In this document: positions 36,704-46,139 of the stretch, piece by piece
How positions within the stretch are numbered: position 1 is the stretch's first letter
Layout: the number at the start of each line of letters is the position of its first letter
NCBI GenBank assembly: GCA_944391745.1
Contig: CALXUS010000002.1
Location: 35,027 to 99,026 of the forward strand
Length of the DNA: 64,000 bases
Direction: 5' to 3'
Source of the DNA: an uncultured Clostridia bacterium
Lineage (GTDB): Bacteria; Bacillota; Clostridia; TANB77; CAG-508
The notes under the pieces: model-generated
Database searches by the model: none
Told to the model about the DNA's origin: nothing
What the model saw: only the letters and a program-made list of their open reading frames with translations
Translations under genes and position numbers: made by a program

Positions 36704-38290
36704 ATGATACCAATAATAATTGCAATACTATTAATACTAGTAATCATATATATTTTTAAAAGAATAAAACATATAAAGAAAAAAGTAATATTACAAGTTG
36801 GCCCTTCTCTTAAAGATAAGGGTGGTATGGTGACAGTAATGTCATCTATTAAAAATTCTTCACTTGATAAAAAATACAATATAATACATATACCAACTTA
36901 TGTTTATGGCAAAAAGTTTATATTATTTTTCTTTTCTATTTTTAGAATTATTTTTTATAAATTAATTTATAGAGTGGAATTAGTTCATATACATGTAGCT
37001 TCTTATGGGAGTTTTTATCGAAAATCAATTATAGTATCTTTATGTAAAATACTACATATTAAAGTAGTATTACATTGTCATGGAGCTTGTTTTGAAAAAT
37101 TTTATAATAGCTTAAAAGATAGAAAAAAGGAATACATAAAGAAAACTTTTAGTAAGGCAGAAAAAGTAATCGTTTTATCTGAAAGTTGGAAAGAATTTTT
37201 TAAAACATTTGTTGATGAGGGTAAAATAATAGTTTTATATAATTCTGTGAATGTTCCAGAAAAAATAAATAGAGAAAAATTAAATGATATTCCTACAGGA
37301 TTATTTTTAGGGAGAATTGGAGAAAGGAAAGGTTCTTACGATTTAGTTAATGTTGTTAAAAAATTAAAAGAAAATGGTGTTAATATAAAAATTTTAATGG
37401 CTGGAGATGGAGAAGTTGAAAAGCTAAAAGAATTAGTTAAAAAAGAAAAATTAACTAAGAACATATTAGTTTTAGGTTGGATAGATAAAAAACAAAAAGA
37501 GGAATACTTAAAATCTGTAGACTTTTATATTTTGCCTTCTTATGATGAAGGTTTGCCAATGTCAGTTTTAGAAGCAATGAGTTATTCATTACCAGTTATA
37601 ACAACTGATGTAGGGGGAATTCCAGAAATAATACAAAATGAGAAAAATGGAATAATGACTAAGCCAGGAGATATAGAAAAAATTGAAAAGGCAATAAAGA
37701 GAATTATAGAAGAAAAAGATTTTAGAAAAAAACTTTCAGAAAATGCTTATGAAACAATATATAATAAATTTAATTTAGAAAAATATGAAAAATGCTTAGA
37801 TAAATTATATAAAGAAATAAAGCAAAAGAATATTAAAGTTTGTTTAACATCATCATCTGGTGGTCATTTCATGCAGCTAAGGCAATTATTTAAAATGACA
37901 GAAAAATATGACACTTATATATTTACAGAAAAAAATGAAATATCTAAAGGATATAGCAATAAATACAAAATGCAATATTTAAAGCAACAGGAAAGAAAAA
38001 ATGTAGGTTTTATTTTGGAATTTATGTACAATATGTTAAAAGCATTTTGGATTACGTTTTGGATAAATCCAGATGTTGTAATTAGTACTGGTGCAGGTGC
38101 AACGACTTTTGTTTGCTTATTTGTAAAGATATTTGGTGGAAAAGTAATTTATATAGAATCATTTGCTAAAATTAATAGTAGGACTATAACTGGGAGAATA
38201 GTTTACAAATTTGCAGATGAATTTTATGTTCAATGGGAAGAGATGAAAAAACTTTATCCTAAGGCACATTATGATGGGGGAATATATTAA
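36704..38290 (+). CDS. GT4 glycosyltransferase fused to an Alg14/PssD(CpsF)-like domain
   Basis: GT4 motifs KGGM, RKGSYDL and EGLPMSVLEAM. C-terminal TSSSGGHFMQL, STGAG, YIESFA and FYVQWE motifs. Confidence 0.85.
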   Translation: MIPIIIAILLILVIIYIFKRIKHIKKKVILQVGPSLKDKGGMVTVMSSIKNSSLDKKYNIIHIPTYVYGKKFILFFFSIFRIIFYKLIYRVELVHIHVASYGSFYRKSIIVSLCKILHIKVVLHCHGACFEKFYNSLKDRKKEYIKKTFSKAEKVIVLSESWKEFFKTFVDEGKIIVLYNSVNVPEKINREKLNDIPTGLFLGRIGERKGSYDLVNVVKKLKENGVNIKILMAGDGEVEKLKELVKKEKLTKNILVLGWIDKKQKEEYLKSVDFYILPSYDEGLPMSVLEAMSYSLPVITTDVGGIPEIIQNEKNGIMTKPGDIEKIEKAIKRIIEEKDFRKKLSENAYETIYNKFNLEKYEKCLDKLYKEIKQKNIKVCLTSSSGGHFMQLRQLFKMTEKYDTYIFTEKNEISKGYSNKYKMQYLKQQERKNVGFILEFMYNMLKAFWITFWINPDVVISTGAGATTFVCLFVKIFGGKVIYIESFAKINSRTITGRIVYKFADEFYVQWEEMKKLYPKAHYDGGIY

Positions 38291-38775
38291 TGATTTTCGT
38301 TACATTAGGAACGCAAAGATTTCAATTTGATAGGGTTTTAAAAGAGCTAGATAATTTAGTAGAATCAGGAAAGTTAAGTTCAGATGAGTTAGAAGTTCAA
38401 TGTGTATATAGTGAGTATACACCTAAAAATTTTAAAACTTTTAAGCTAAAACCTCAAGATGAAATAGATGAAATAACAGATAAGGCTGATATAATAATTA
38501 CTCATAGTGGAACAGGTAGCATAATTAATTCATTAAAAAAGCAAAAAAAGATTATTATAATACCTAGATTAAAAGAATATGGAGAACATGTTGATAGTCA
38601 TCAATTAGAATTAGCAGAGGTATTTCATGAAAAATACAAAATTCCAGTTGTTAAAGATATGAGCACTTTGTATGACGAAATACAAAATATAGATAATTAT
38701 AAACCAAAAAAATGGGAAGAAAATAATCAAGGACTAATTAAAGCATTAGAAAATGACATAGATAAATTGTTATAA
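38290..38775 (+). CDS. Alg13/PssE(CpsG)-like glycosyltransferase subunit
   Basis: MIFVTLGTQ.FQFDR, ITHSGTGS and PRL..YGEHVDSHQ motifs. Confidence 0.88.
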   Translation: MIFVTLGTQRFQFDRVLKELDNLVESGKLSSDELEVQCVYSEYTPKNFKTFKLKPQDEIDEITDKADIIITHSGTGSIINSLKKQKKIIIIPRLKEYGEHVDSHQLELAEVFHEKYKIPVVKDMSTLYDEIQNIDNYKPKKWEENNQGLIKALENDIDKLL

Positions 38776-38837
38776 AATTAACTTGTTTTACAAGAAATTA
38801 ATAAAGCTTTATAAAAGGAAAGAGGAAAAAACAAGCA

Positions 38838-39716
38838 ATGAAAAAAGAACTGAGAGATATTTATAGAGATTTAATGGCAGTTATATCAAGTGTATCACCA
38901 AAGATGACAAGCCAAATTTATTATTTTACAAAATTCAAGAAGAAAATAAATTTAAAAAATCCACAAACATTTAATGAAAAGCTTATGTACCTTAAATTAA
39001 ATGAATATGAAAATAATGAATTAATAACAAAATGTGTTGATAAATATAAAGTAAGAGAATATATAAAGGAATGTGGTTTAGAAAATATCTTAAATGAATT
39101 AATTGGAGTGTATGATAATGCCAATGAAATAGATTTTGATAAATTACCTAATCAATTTGTATTAAAATGTAATCATGCAGCTGGTTTTAATATAATTTGT
39201 AAAAATAAATCAGAATTAGATATAGATAAAACAAAGAAACAATTGAATAAATGGATTAAAACTAATTATTGGAAATATGTAGCTGAAATGCAATATAAAA
39301 ATGTTGAAAAAAAGATAGTTTGTGAAAAATATCTTGAATCAAAAGATGAAAATAGTATAGAGGATTATAAAATATATTGTTTTAATGGAAAGCCTAAATT
39401 TTGTATGGTTTGTATTGGCAGAAATTTAGGAAAGCCTACTTATTATTTTTTAGATACTGAATGGAAAATATTAAAAATGAATCCAGCAGGAAAAAAAGCA
39501 CCTGATGATTTAGTAATACCTAAGCCAAAATCGATGGATAAAATGTATGAATATGCAGAGGTTTTAGCAAAACCATTTAAATTCGTCAGAGTTGATTTTT
39601 ATGATTATAATGATAAGCCAATATTTGGTGAACTTACTTTTACCCCAGCTGGATGTGTAGACACTAATTATATAGATGGTTGGGATAAAAAGTTGGGTGA
39701 TTGGTTAAAAATATAA
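38838..39716 (+). CDS. TupA-like ATP-grasp protein
   Basis: NPQTFNEKL, VDKYKVREY, FVLKCNH, DYKIYCFNG, VRVDFY and FGELTFTP motifs. Confidence 0.88.
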   Translation: MKKELRDIYRDLMAVISSVSPKMTSQIYYFTKFKKKINLKNPQTFNEKLMYLKLNEYENNELITKCVDKYKVREYIKECGLENILNELIGVYDNANEIDFDKLPNQFVLKCNHAAGFNIICKNKSELDIDKTKKQLNKWIKTNYWKYVAEMQYKNVEKKIVCEKYLESKDENSIEDYKIYCFNGKPKFCMVCIGRNLGKPTYYFLDTEWKILKMNPAGKKAPDDLVIPKPKSMDKMYEYAEVLAKPFKFVRVDFYDYNDKPIFGELTFTPAGCVDTNYIDGWDKKLGDWLKI

Positions 39717-39754
39717 GGCTTGTTAAAATACCTAAATTTTGAAAGGAGGAAAAT

Positions 39755-40720
39755 ATGCTTAAGCTTGGTTTTATAAAAAGTGATAAAAAAAATGAAAATA
39801 GAAGAGCTCTATTACCAGTAGATATAGAAAAAATAAAAAATAAAAAATACCTATATTTTGAAAAAGGATATGGAGAAAATTTAGGAATAAGTGATGAAGA
39901 ATATATAAAACTTGGATGTAAAATATGTGATAAAACCAAGCTATTAAGTGATGAAATACCTGTACTATGTGATCCAAAAGTAGGAGATGCAAGTTATTTA
40001 GAAACAATAAGCGAAGGAAAGATAATATTTGGGTGGATACATGCCGTACAAAATAGAGACATAACTGATAAAATTATTAATAAAAAACTTACTGCCTATG
40101 CATGGGAAGATATGTTTGAAGGTGGAAGACATGTTTTTTGGAGAAACAACGAAATTGCAGGTGAAGCTGCAACAATGCATGCTCTATTATGTTATGGAAC
40201 ATTGCCTTATGATTCAAAGGTAGCAATAATAGGAAATGGGAATACATCAAGGGGAGCTTTTAGAGTTTTCACTCAATTAGGTGCAAGAGTAAACGTATAT
40301 ACAAGAAAGATGGAAGATTTATTAAAAAAAGAACTTGGAAACTATGATATTATTGTAAATACAGTATTATGGGATACATCTAGAAAAGATCATATAATAT
40401 CTAAAAAAGATTTAAAAAGGATGAAACCAAATTCTTTGATAATAGATATTAGTTGTGACAGAGCTGGTGCAATAGAAACTAGTATTCCAACTAGTTTGGA
40501 TAATCCAACTTATGTAGTAGATGGAGTAATGCATTATGTTGTAGACCATACACCAACATTATTATATAAAACAATATCAAAAGAGCTTTCAAAAGAAGTA
40601 GCAAAATATGTAGACTTTTTAATTGAAGAAAAACCAAATGATGTTTTAAAAAATGCGCTTATAATAGATAATGGAGTTATTGTAGATGAGAGAATAAATA
40701 AATTCCAGGGTAGAAGATAA
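39755..40720 (+). CDS. N(5)-(carboxyethyl)ornithine synthase-like dehydrogenase (AlaDH/PNT family)
   Basis: ENRRALLP, EKGYG, GWIHAVQ, AWEDM, RHVFWRNNEIAGEA, IGNGN, DISCD and VDHTP motifs. Confidence 0.8.
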   Translation: MLKLGFIKSDKKNENRRALLPVDIEKIKNKKYLYFEKGYGENLGISDEEYIKLGCKICDKTKLLSDEIPVLCDPKVGDASYLETISEGKIIFGWIHAVQNRDITDKIINKKLTAYAWEDMFEGGRHVFWRNNEIAGEAATMHALLCYGTLPYDSKVAIIGNGNTSRGAFRVFTQLGARVNVYTRKMEDLLKKELGNYDIIVNTVLWDTSRKDHIISKKDLKRMKPNSLIIDISCDRAGAIETSIPTSLDNPTYVVDGVMHYVVDHTPTLLYKTISKELSKEVAKYVDFLIEEKPNDVLKNALIIDNGVIVDERINKFQGRR

Positions 40721-40753
40721 AAGGCGGAATATAGATAAGAAAGGATATTTCTA

Positions 40754-41716
40754 GTGGAAAAAGTAAGTGTTTTAGTGCCCATATATAATGCAGAAAAATA
40801 TATTGGCAGATGTATAGAAAGCATATTAAATCAAACTTATAAAGAATTAGAAATTGTGCTAATTGAGGATGGCTCTAAAGATAATTCATTAAATATTATA
40901 AAAGAATATGGAAAAAAAGATAAACGCATAAAAATAATTCCAATAGAAAACAATGGTGTTGCAGATGCTCGAAACAAAGCAGTAGAAAATGCAACGGGAG
41001 AATATCTTACTTTTGTGGATAGTGATGATTATATTGAAAAAGATTATATAGAAACTTTATATAATAATTTACAAAAATACAAAGCAGATATAGCTGTATG
41101 TAATTGTACAAATATAATTGAAGAAACTAATAAACAAAGCTATAAGTCATTTGGAATTACTGAAGTAAAGCAATATAATAATTTAGAAGCAGTTGAAAGT
41201 TTATTTTATTACAATTATTTTAGACATAGTCCTTGGGGTAAGCTATACAAAAAGAAAGTATGGGATAATATAAGATTTCCTTTAGGAAAAAATTATGAAG
41301 ACTTAGCAATATTATATAAACTTTTTTTGAATAGTGAAAAAGTAATCTACATCCCTGAGCAAAAATATAATTATGTGATTAGACAAGGAAGTATTGTACA
41401 TAATGAAATAAGAAAATCAGATGTTGAGGCCATAATTGAGTATTCTCAAGATATTTTGGACGATATAACTAAAAATTATCCCAAATTAATACCAGCAGCA
41501 GAATATTTAGTCGCATATTTAAGTCTTACTTTATGGAGAAAAATACCTAAAGGAAAATACAAAGAATATAATAATGTAGTAAATGCAAATATAAAAAAAT
41601 ATAGAAAGTCAATTATAAGTAATAAAAAAGTAAATAAAAAACAAAAATATTTATTTATACTATCTTATTTAGGAAGAGGATGTTATAGAACGATAATTTC
41701 AATATTAAAGAAATGA
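40754..41716 (+). CDS. GT2 glycosyltransferase
   Basis: VSVLVPIYNAEKY, DGSKD, ARN, FVDSDD, WGKLY and YED motifs. Confidence 0.9.
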   Translation: MEKVSVLVPIYNAEKYIGRCIESILNQTYKELEIVLIEDGSKDNSLNIIKEYGKKDKRIKIIPIENNGVADARNKAVENATGEYLTFVDSDDYIEKDYIETLYNNLQKYKADIAVCNCTNIIEETNKQSYKSFGITEVKQYNNLEAVESLFYYNYFRHSPWGKLYKKKVWDNIRFPLGKNYEDLAILYKLFLNSEKVIYIPEQKYNYVIRQGSIVHNEIRKSDVEAIIEYSQDILDDITKNYPKLIPAAEYLVAYLSLTLWRKIPKGKYKEYNNVVNANIKKYRKSIISNKKVNKKQKYLFILSYLGRGCYRTIISILKK

Positions 41717-41752
41717 AAGGAGCAAGCATATTTTAATATATGCAAAACTAAT

Positions 41753-42190
41753 ATGAAAGCTAATACTTTAATTAAGTATAGAAGAAATAAGATTCTAAAT
41801 AAAATAATACATACATTATTGCTAAGGAAAGGGTTAGAAATTCCTAGTAATGTTATTATAGGAAAAAATTGTGACTTTCCTCATAATTCTGTAGGAACAG
41901 TAATTCATCCAAATACAGTAATAAAAAATGATGTGAAAATTTATCAAAATGTTACTATCGGTAGAGCTGATATTTATGAAGATTATAAATCAAGCAATAT
42001 GAAAAAAATAATAATTGAAGATGGTGCTATTATTTGTGCTGGTGCAAAAGTCTTAAGTAAAGAAGAAACATTAACAGTTGGAAAAAATAGTATAATAGGT
42101 GCAAATGCGGTATTACTTAATTCAACAAAGGAAAATGAAATATGGGCAGGTGTACCAGCTAAAAAAATAGGAGTGAGAAAAGATTTATGA
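41753..42190 (+). CDS. Left-handed beta-helix (serine acetyltransferase-like) O-acetyltransferase
   Basis: Hexapeptide repeats, IYQNVTIG, IGANAV and WAGVPAK. Confidence 0.8.
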   Translation: MKANTLIKYRRNKILNKIIHTLLLRKGLEIPSNVIIGKNCDFPHNSVGTVIHPNTVIKNDVKIYQNVTIGRADIYEDYKSSNMKKIIIEDGAIICAGAKVLSKEETLTVGKNSIIGANAVLLNSTKENEIWAGVPAKKIGVRKDL

Positions 42191-43524
42191 TAAACTATAT
42201 AATTATAATAGCAATAGCAACATTGTTAGTATATTTAAGCATAAAAGTAGAAGAAAAAACAGATAATAAGTTATTAATCTTTGTTTTTAGAGCCATAGCT
42301 ATTTTATTTCCAGCTATAATTGCAGGAATAAGATATGATGTAGGAACAGATTATAAGGGAGTTTATGAACCCTTGTTTAATGAAATAATTACTGGCAATA
42401 AAGTGTTTAGAATTAGAAGTTTTGAAATAGGTTATATATTTTTAAACAAACTAGTAATATGGCTTGGCGGTAATTTTAATGTTGTAATGTTTTTGGCATC
42501 ATTATTAACTATAATACCAATATACATTGGACTTATGCATTATAAAAAGAAAATATGCGTTCCTTTAGCTTTCTTTTTATTTATGATAATTTTCTATCAA
42601 AAATCATTTAACTTAGTAAGACAGATGATTGCTGTTGCCTTTATATTTTTAGGATTTATTTTCTTAGACTTTAAAGAAGACGAAAATAAAAAGGAAAACG
42701 AAAAATATAAAAAGAAGTATGAAGAAAAGTGTAAAGCAAAAAATAAAGATTTGTCAAAATATAAACCTAGATATATACATAGTAAAGAATATCAAAAATA
42801 TATTGTAATACAATGCCTAAAATATTTTGCTTGTGTTATAGTAGCAGGATTATTCCAAAGAACTTCATTTATTATGTTAATAATACCTTTTATAAAAGAG
42901 ATATATGCTAATCCTAGATTTAAATTTATAAGCATAGCTTCATATTGCATATTAGTTGCAATATTATTAAATTTCAAGCTTATAGGAAATTTTATAATGC
43001 AATTTGATAGTTTGAAATATTATTCAAATTATTTTAGTGCAATAGGGAAACCAGATATATCAATAGCTTATTATATTAGGGTAATACCTGTATTAATACC
43101 ATATTTCTTTGTTATGAAGAAGATAACTAAAGATAAGCAGATGAACTTTTTATATAGTATGACAGTTATAGGATGCATATTATTACTATTAGGATATTTA
43201 ACATCAACTTATGGTGAAAGATTATCATACTATTTTAGTATATTCCAAATAGTAATGTTTCCATATTTTATAAGATGTTTAAAAGATAATAAATTTTTGT
43301 ATATTGCTTCAACAATTTTAATTATTATATTTAATTTAGCAATATGGTACTATGATTACATATATTTAAAAAGAGATGGAACTATACCTTATAAAACAAT
43401 TTTTTCTATTGAAATAGAAAATCAAAAAACTATTGAAAACGATTTTGATGTAAAAAATAAAAGAGATATAAATAGAAATATTGACCTAGCTGAGATAAAA
43501 AAAGAGATGGAGTATAATATATGA
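42187..43524 (+). CDS. EpsG-family polysaccharide polymerase (Wzy-like)
   Basis: GIRYDVGTDY, FEIGY and FNLVRQMIA motifs with many TM segments. Confidence 0.8.
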   Translation: MINYIIIIAIATLLVYLSIKVEEKTDNKLLIFVFRAIAILFPAIIAGIRYDVGTDYKGVYEPLFNEIITGNKVFRIRSFEIGYIFLNKLVIWLGGNFNVVMFLASLLTIIPIYIGLMHYKKKICVPLAFFLFMIIFYQKSFNLVRQMIAVAFIFLGFIFLDFKEDENKKENEKYKKKYEEKCKAKNKDLSKYKPRYIHSKEYQKYIVIQCLKYFACVIVAGLFQRTSFIMLIIPFIKEIYANPRFKFISIASYCILVAILLNFKLIGNFIMQFDSLKYYSNYFSAIGKPDISIAYYIRVIPVLIPYFFVMKKITKDKQMNFLYSMTVIGCILLLLGYLTSTYGERLSYYFSIFQIVMFPYFIRCLKDNKFLYIASTILIIIFNLAIWYYDYIYLKRDGTIPYKTIFSIEIENQKTIENDFDVKNKRDINRNIDLAEIKKEMEYNI

Positions 43525-44576
43525 AAAAATGCTATTTAAAAATATATTTAAATCATAATTTGGGAGATGACTTATTTGCTAAAATAATATCTGAAAGATA
43601 TCCAAATACTAAATTTATAGCTACATCATACAATGGTCAAAAATCAGATTTTAAAAATATAAAAGTTATAAAAAGTTTTGGATTTAGAGCAGTTAATAAA
43701 ATTTTTAAAATTATTACACATAAAAAACTAACAATAGAAAAGATTTTAGCAAAAAAGTATAGAAAAGCTGTAGTATTAAGCGGAAGTTCTTTTATAGAAG
43801 GAAAAAGTGATAATTATGATGAACTTTCAGAGAGTCAACAATATTATATAATTGGAACAAATTTTGGACCATACAAAACAAATGAATATGTAGAATATTG
43901 TAAAAATGTATTTAAAAAAGCAAAATATGTGTGTTTTAGAGATAAGAAATCTTATAATTTGTTTAAAGATATAGGAAATAATATTACTTATGCACCAGAT
44001 ATTGTTTTTTCACTTGATACGACTAATGTAAAAATAACAGATAATAAAAAGGTTGTATTTTCTATAATTGATTGCAAAAGAAAAATTGGAGAAGAATATC
44101 AGGAAAAATATGAAAAAGCAATGATTGAATTAACAAAATATTTTATAGATAAAGGCTATAAAATAACTTATATGTCTTTTTGTAAGAAAGAAAATGATGA
44201 AGAAGCTATAAACAGAATAGAAGAGAAGATACCTAACGAAATAAAAGAAAAAATAGAAAATTATTTTTATGATGGTAATATTGAAGAAGCTTTAAATGTT
44301 TTAGGCGACTCACAAATAATAATTGGATCTAGATTTCATGCTAATATTTTAGGACTTATACTAAATAAAACTATTATTCCAGTTATATATAGTAATAAAA
44401 CTACAGAAGTATTAGATGATATAAATTTTAGAGGAAAAAGAATTGATATAAAAAATATTTACAAGTTTAATTTAGAAGATTTTTCAGATAATGATATAAA
44501 TTATAAATTAGATGTTTCAAAAGAAAAGATTGGAGCGGAAAAGCATTTTTCTGAATTAGATAAAGTATTAGATTAA
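43521..44576 (+). CDS. Polysaccharide pyruvyl transferase family protein
   Basis: NLGDDL, NFGPY, FRDKKSY, APDIVF, GSRFHA and YSNK motifs. Confidence 0.85.
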   Translation: MKKCYLKIYLNHNLGDDLFAKIISERYPNTKFIATSYNGQKSDFKNIKVIKSFGFRAVNKIFKIITHKKLTIEKILAKKYRKAVVLSGSSFIEGKSDNYDELSESQQYYIIGTNFGPYKTNEYVEYCKNVFKKAKYVCFRDKKSYNLFKDIGNNITYAPDIVFSLDTTNVKITDNKKVVFSIIDCKRKIGEEYQEKYEKAMIELTKYFIDKGYKITYMSFCKKENDEEAINRIEEKIPNEIKEKIENYFYDGNIEEALNVLGDSQIIIGSRFHANILGLILNKTIIPVIYSNKTTEVLDDINFRGKRIDIKNIYKFNLEDFSDNDINYKLDVSKEKIGAEKHFSELDKVLD

Positions 44577-44597
44577 AATATAGAAGCGGAGGGAACA

Positions 44598-46007
44598 ATG
44601 TCTAAAGAAAGTATTTTAGCAAAAAATACAGCAATTATAACAATAGGAAAAATATGTACACAATTAATATCATTTTTCTTATTGCCATTATATACAGCAT
44701 ATTTATCAACAGAAGAATATGGTGTAGTAGACCTTTTAAATACTTTAGTTAGTTTGCTTATTCCTATACTTTCTTTTCAAGTAGATCAAGGAATTTTCAG
44801 ATATTTAATAGATAAAAGAAAAGATAAGAAAGAGCAAAGTAAGTTAATTACGACCACAATTTATTTTTTAATAGGACAGTCTATTATTTACCTTATAATA
44901 TTTTTAGTAATTAGCCCTTTTGTAAATAATTCATATAAATATTTTTTAGCAACTAATTTAATAGCAACTGCTTTTACAAATGCATTATTACAAATATCTA
45001 GAGGTCTTGGAGATAATACAAAATATACATTAGGAAGTTTTATATCTGCAACTGTAACTATATTATTAAATGTAATATTAATTGTTGGATTTAAAATGAA
45101 TGCCTATGGAATGCTTACAGCAACATTTATTGGAAACATTGCATGTATTGCTTATTTAACAATTTCATTAAAACTTCCAAAATTCGTGAAGCGCTCATCT
45201 TATGATAAAAATGAGTTAAAAACAATATTAAAATACTCTATTCCACTAATTCCAAATCAAATTTCTTGGTGGATAGTAAATGTTTCTGATAGACTAATTA
45301 TTACATATTTTATGAATGTATCAATGAATGGTGTTTACTCAGTTGCAAATAAATTTTCATCTGTTGTTACTACAGTATATAGCGTATTTAATATAGCTTG
45401 GACAGAATCAGCAGCAGTAAATTTTAAAGAAGAAGACAGAGACAAGTACTTTAGTAAGGTGTTAAATGTTACAATCAGATTTTTTGGAGCATTATGTTTA
45501 GGAATAATTGCATATATGCCTTTTGTATTTAATATTTTAGTTAATGGAAATTATGATGAGGCTTATGCTCAAATACCTATTTTAATAATAGCTACAATGT
45601 TTAATATATTAGTAAGCTATTTAGGTTCAATATATGTGGCAAAAAAACTTACTAAAGAAATAGCAAAAACTTCGTTTATTGCGGCTATAATAAATGCAGT
45701 TATAAATATTACTTTAATAAAATTTATTGGCTTATATGCTGCTTCACTATCTACGTTAGTAGCATGGGGAGCTATGTTTATATATAGATTTATAGATTCA
45801 AAAAAATATATAAAACTAAAAGTAGATACCAAAATTGCATTAACTATGATTTTAGTTTGTGCTGTTACTGTATTTTCATATTATTTGAAAAATATGGCAT
45901 TTTGTGGAGTAGTAGCATTAGGAGTAACAATTTATGCATTTTTAATAAATAAAAATAGTTTAAGTTCAATATTAAAACTTATGAAAAGCAAAATCTTAAA
46001 AAAATAA
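44598..46007 (+). CDS. Wzx-type oligosaccharide flippase
   Basis: LAKNT...FFLLPLYT.YLSTEEYG, KYSIPLIPN.ISWW and SDR motifs with ~12-14 TM segments. Confidence 0.88.
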   Translation: MSKESILAKNTAIITIGKICTQLISFFLLPLYTAYLSTEEYGVVDLLNTLVSLLIPILSFQVDQGIFRYLIDKRKDKKEQSKLITTTIYFLIGQSIIYLIIFLVISPFVNNSYKYFLATNLIATAFTNALLQISRGLGDNTKYTLGSFISATVTILLNVILIVGFKMNAYGMLTATFIGNIACIAYLTISLKLPKFVKRSSYDKNELKTILKYSIPLIPNQISWWIVNVSDRLIITYFMNVSMNGVYSVANKFSSVVTTVYSVFNIAWTESAAVNFKEEDRDKYFSKVLNVTIRFFGALCLGIIAYMPFVFNILVNGNYDEAYAQIPILIIATMFNILVSYLGSIYVAKKLTKEIAKTSFIAAIINAVINITLIKFIGLYAASLSTLVAWGAMFIYRFIDSKKYIKLKVDTKIALTMILVCAVTVFSYYLKNMAFCGVVALGVTIYAFLINKNSLSSILKLMKSKILKK

Positions 46008-46077
46008 AGATGGTTAATATTTAAATCAAAATAAATACGAACAATAACGAAAAAAAGCGATTAATAAATAAAATCCC

Positions 46078-46106
46078 TTGAATAAATTACTCTGTTATGA
46101 TATTAT
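46078..46106 (+). promoter_or_regulatory. SigA-type promoter for the SLH gene array
   Basis: TTGAAT-N17-TATTAT with TGn. Confidence 0.5.
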
Positions 46107-46139
46107 AATAGCATAATAAAAGCAAAGGGGGAAATATTT

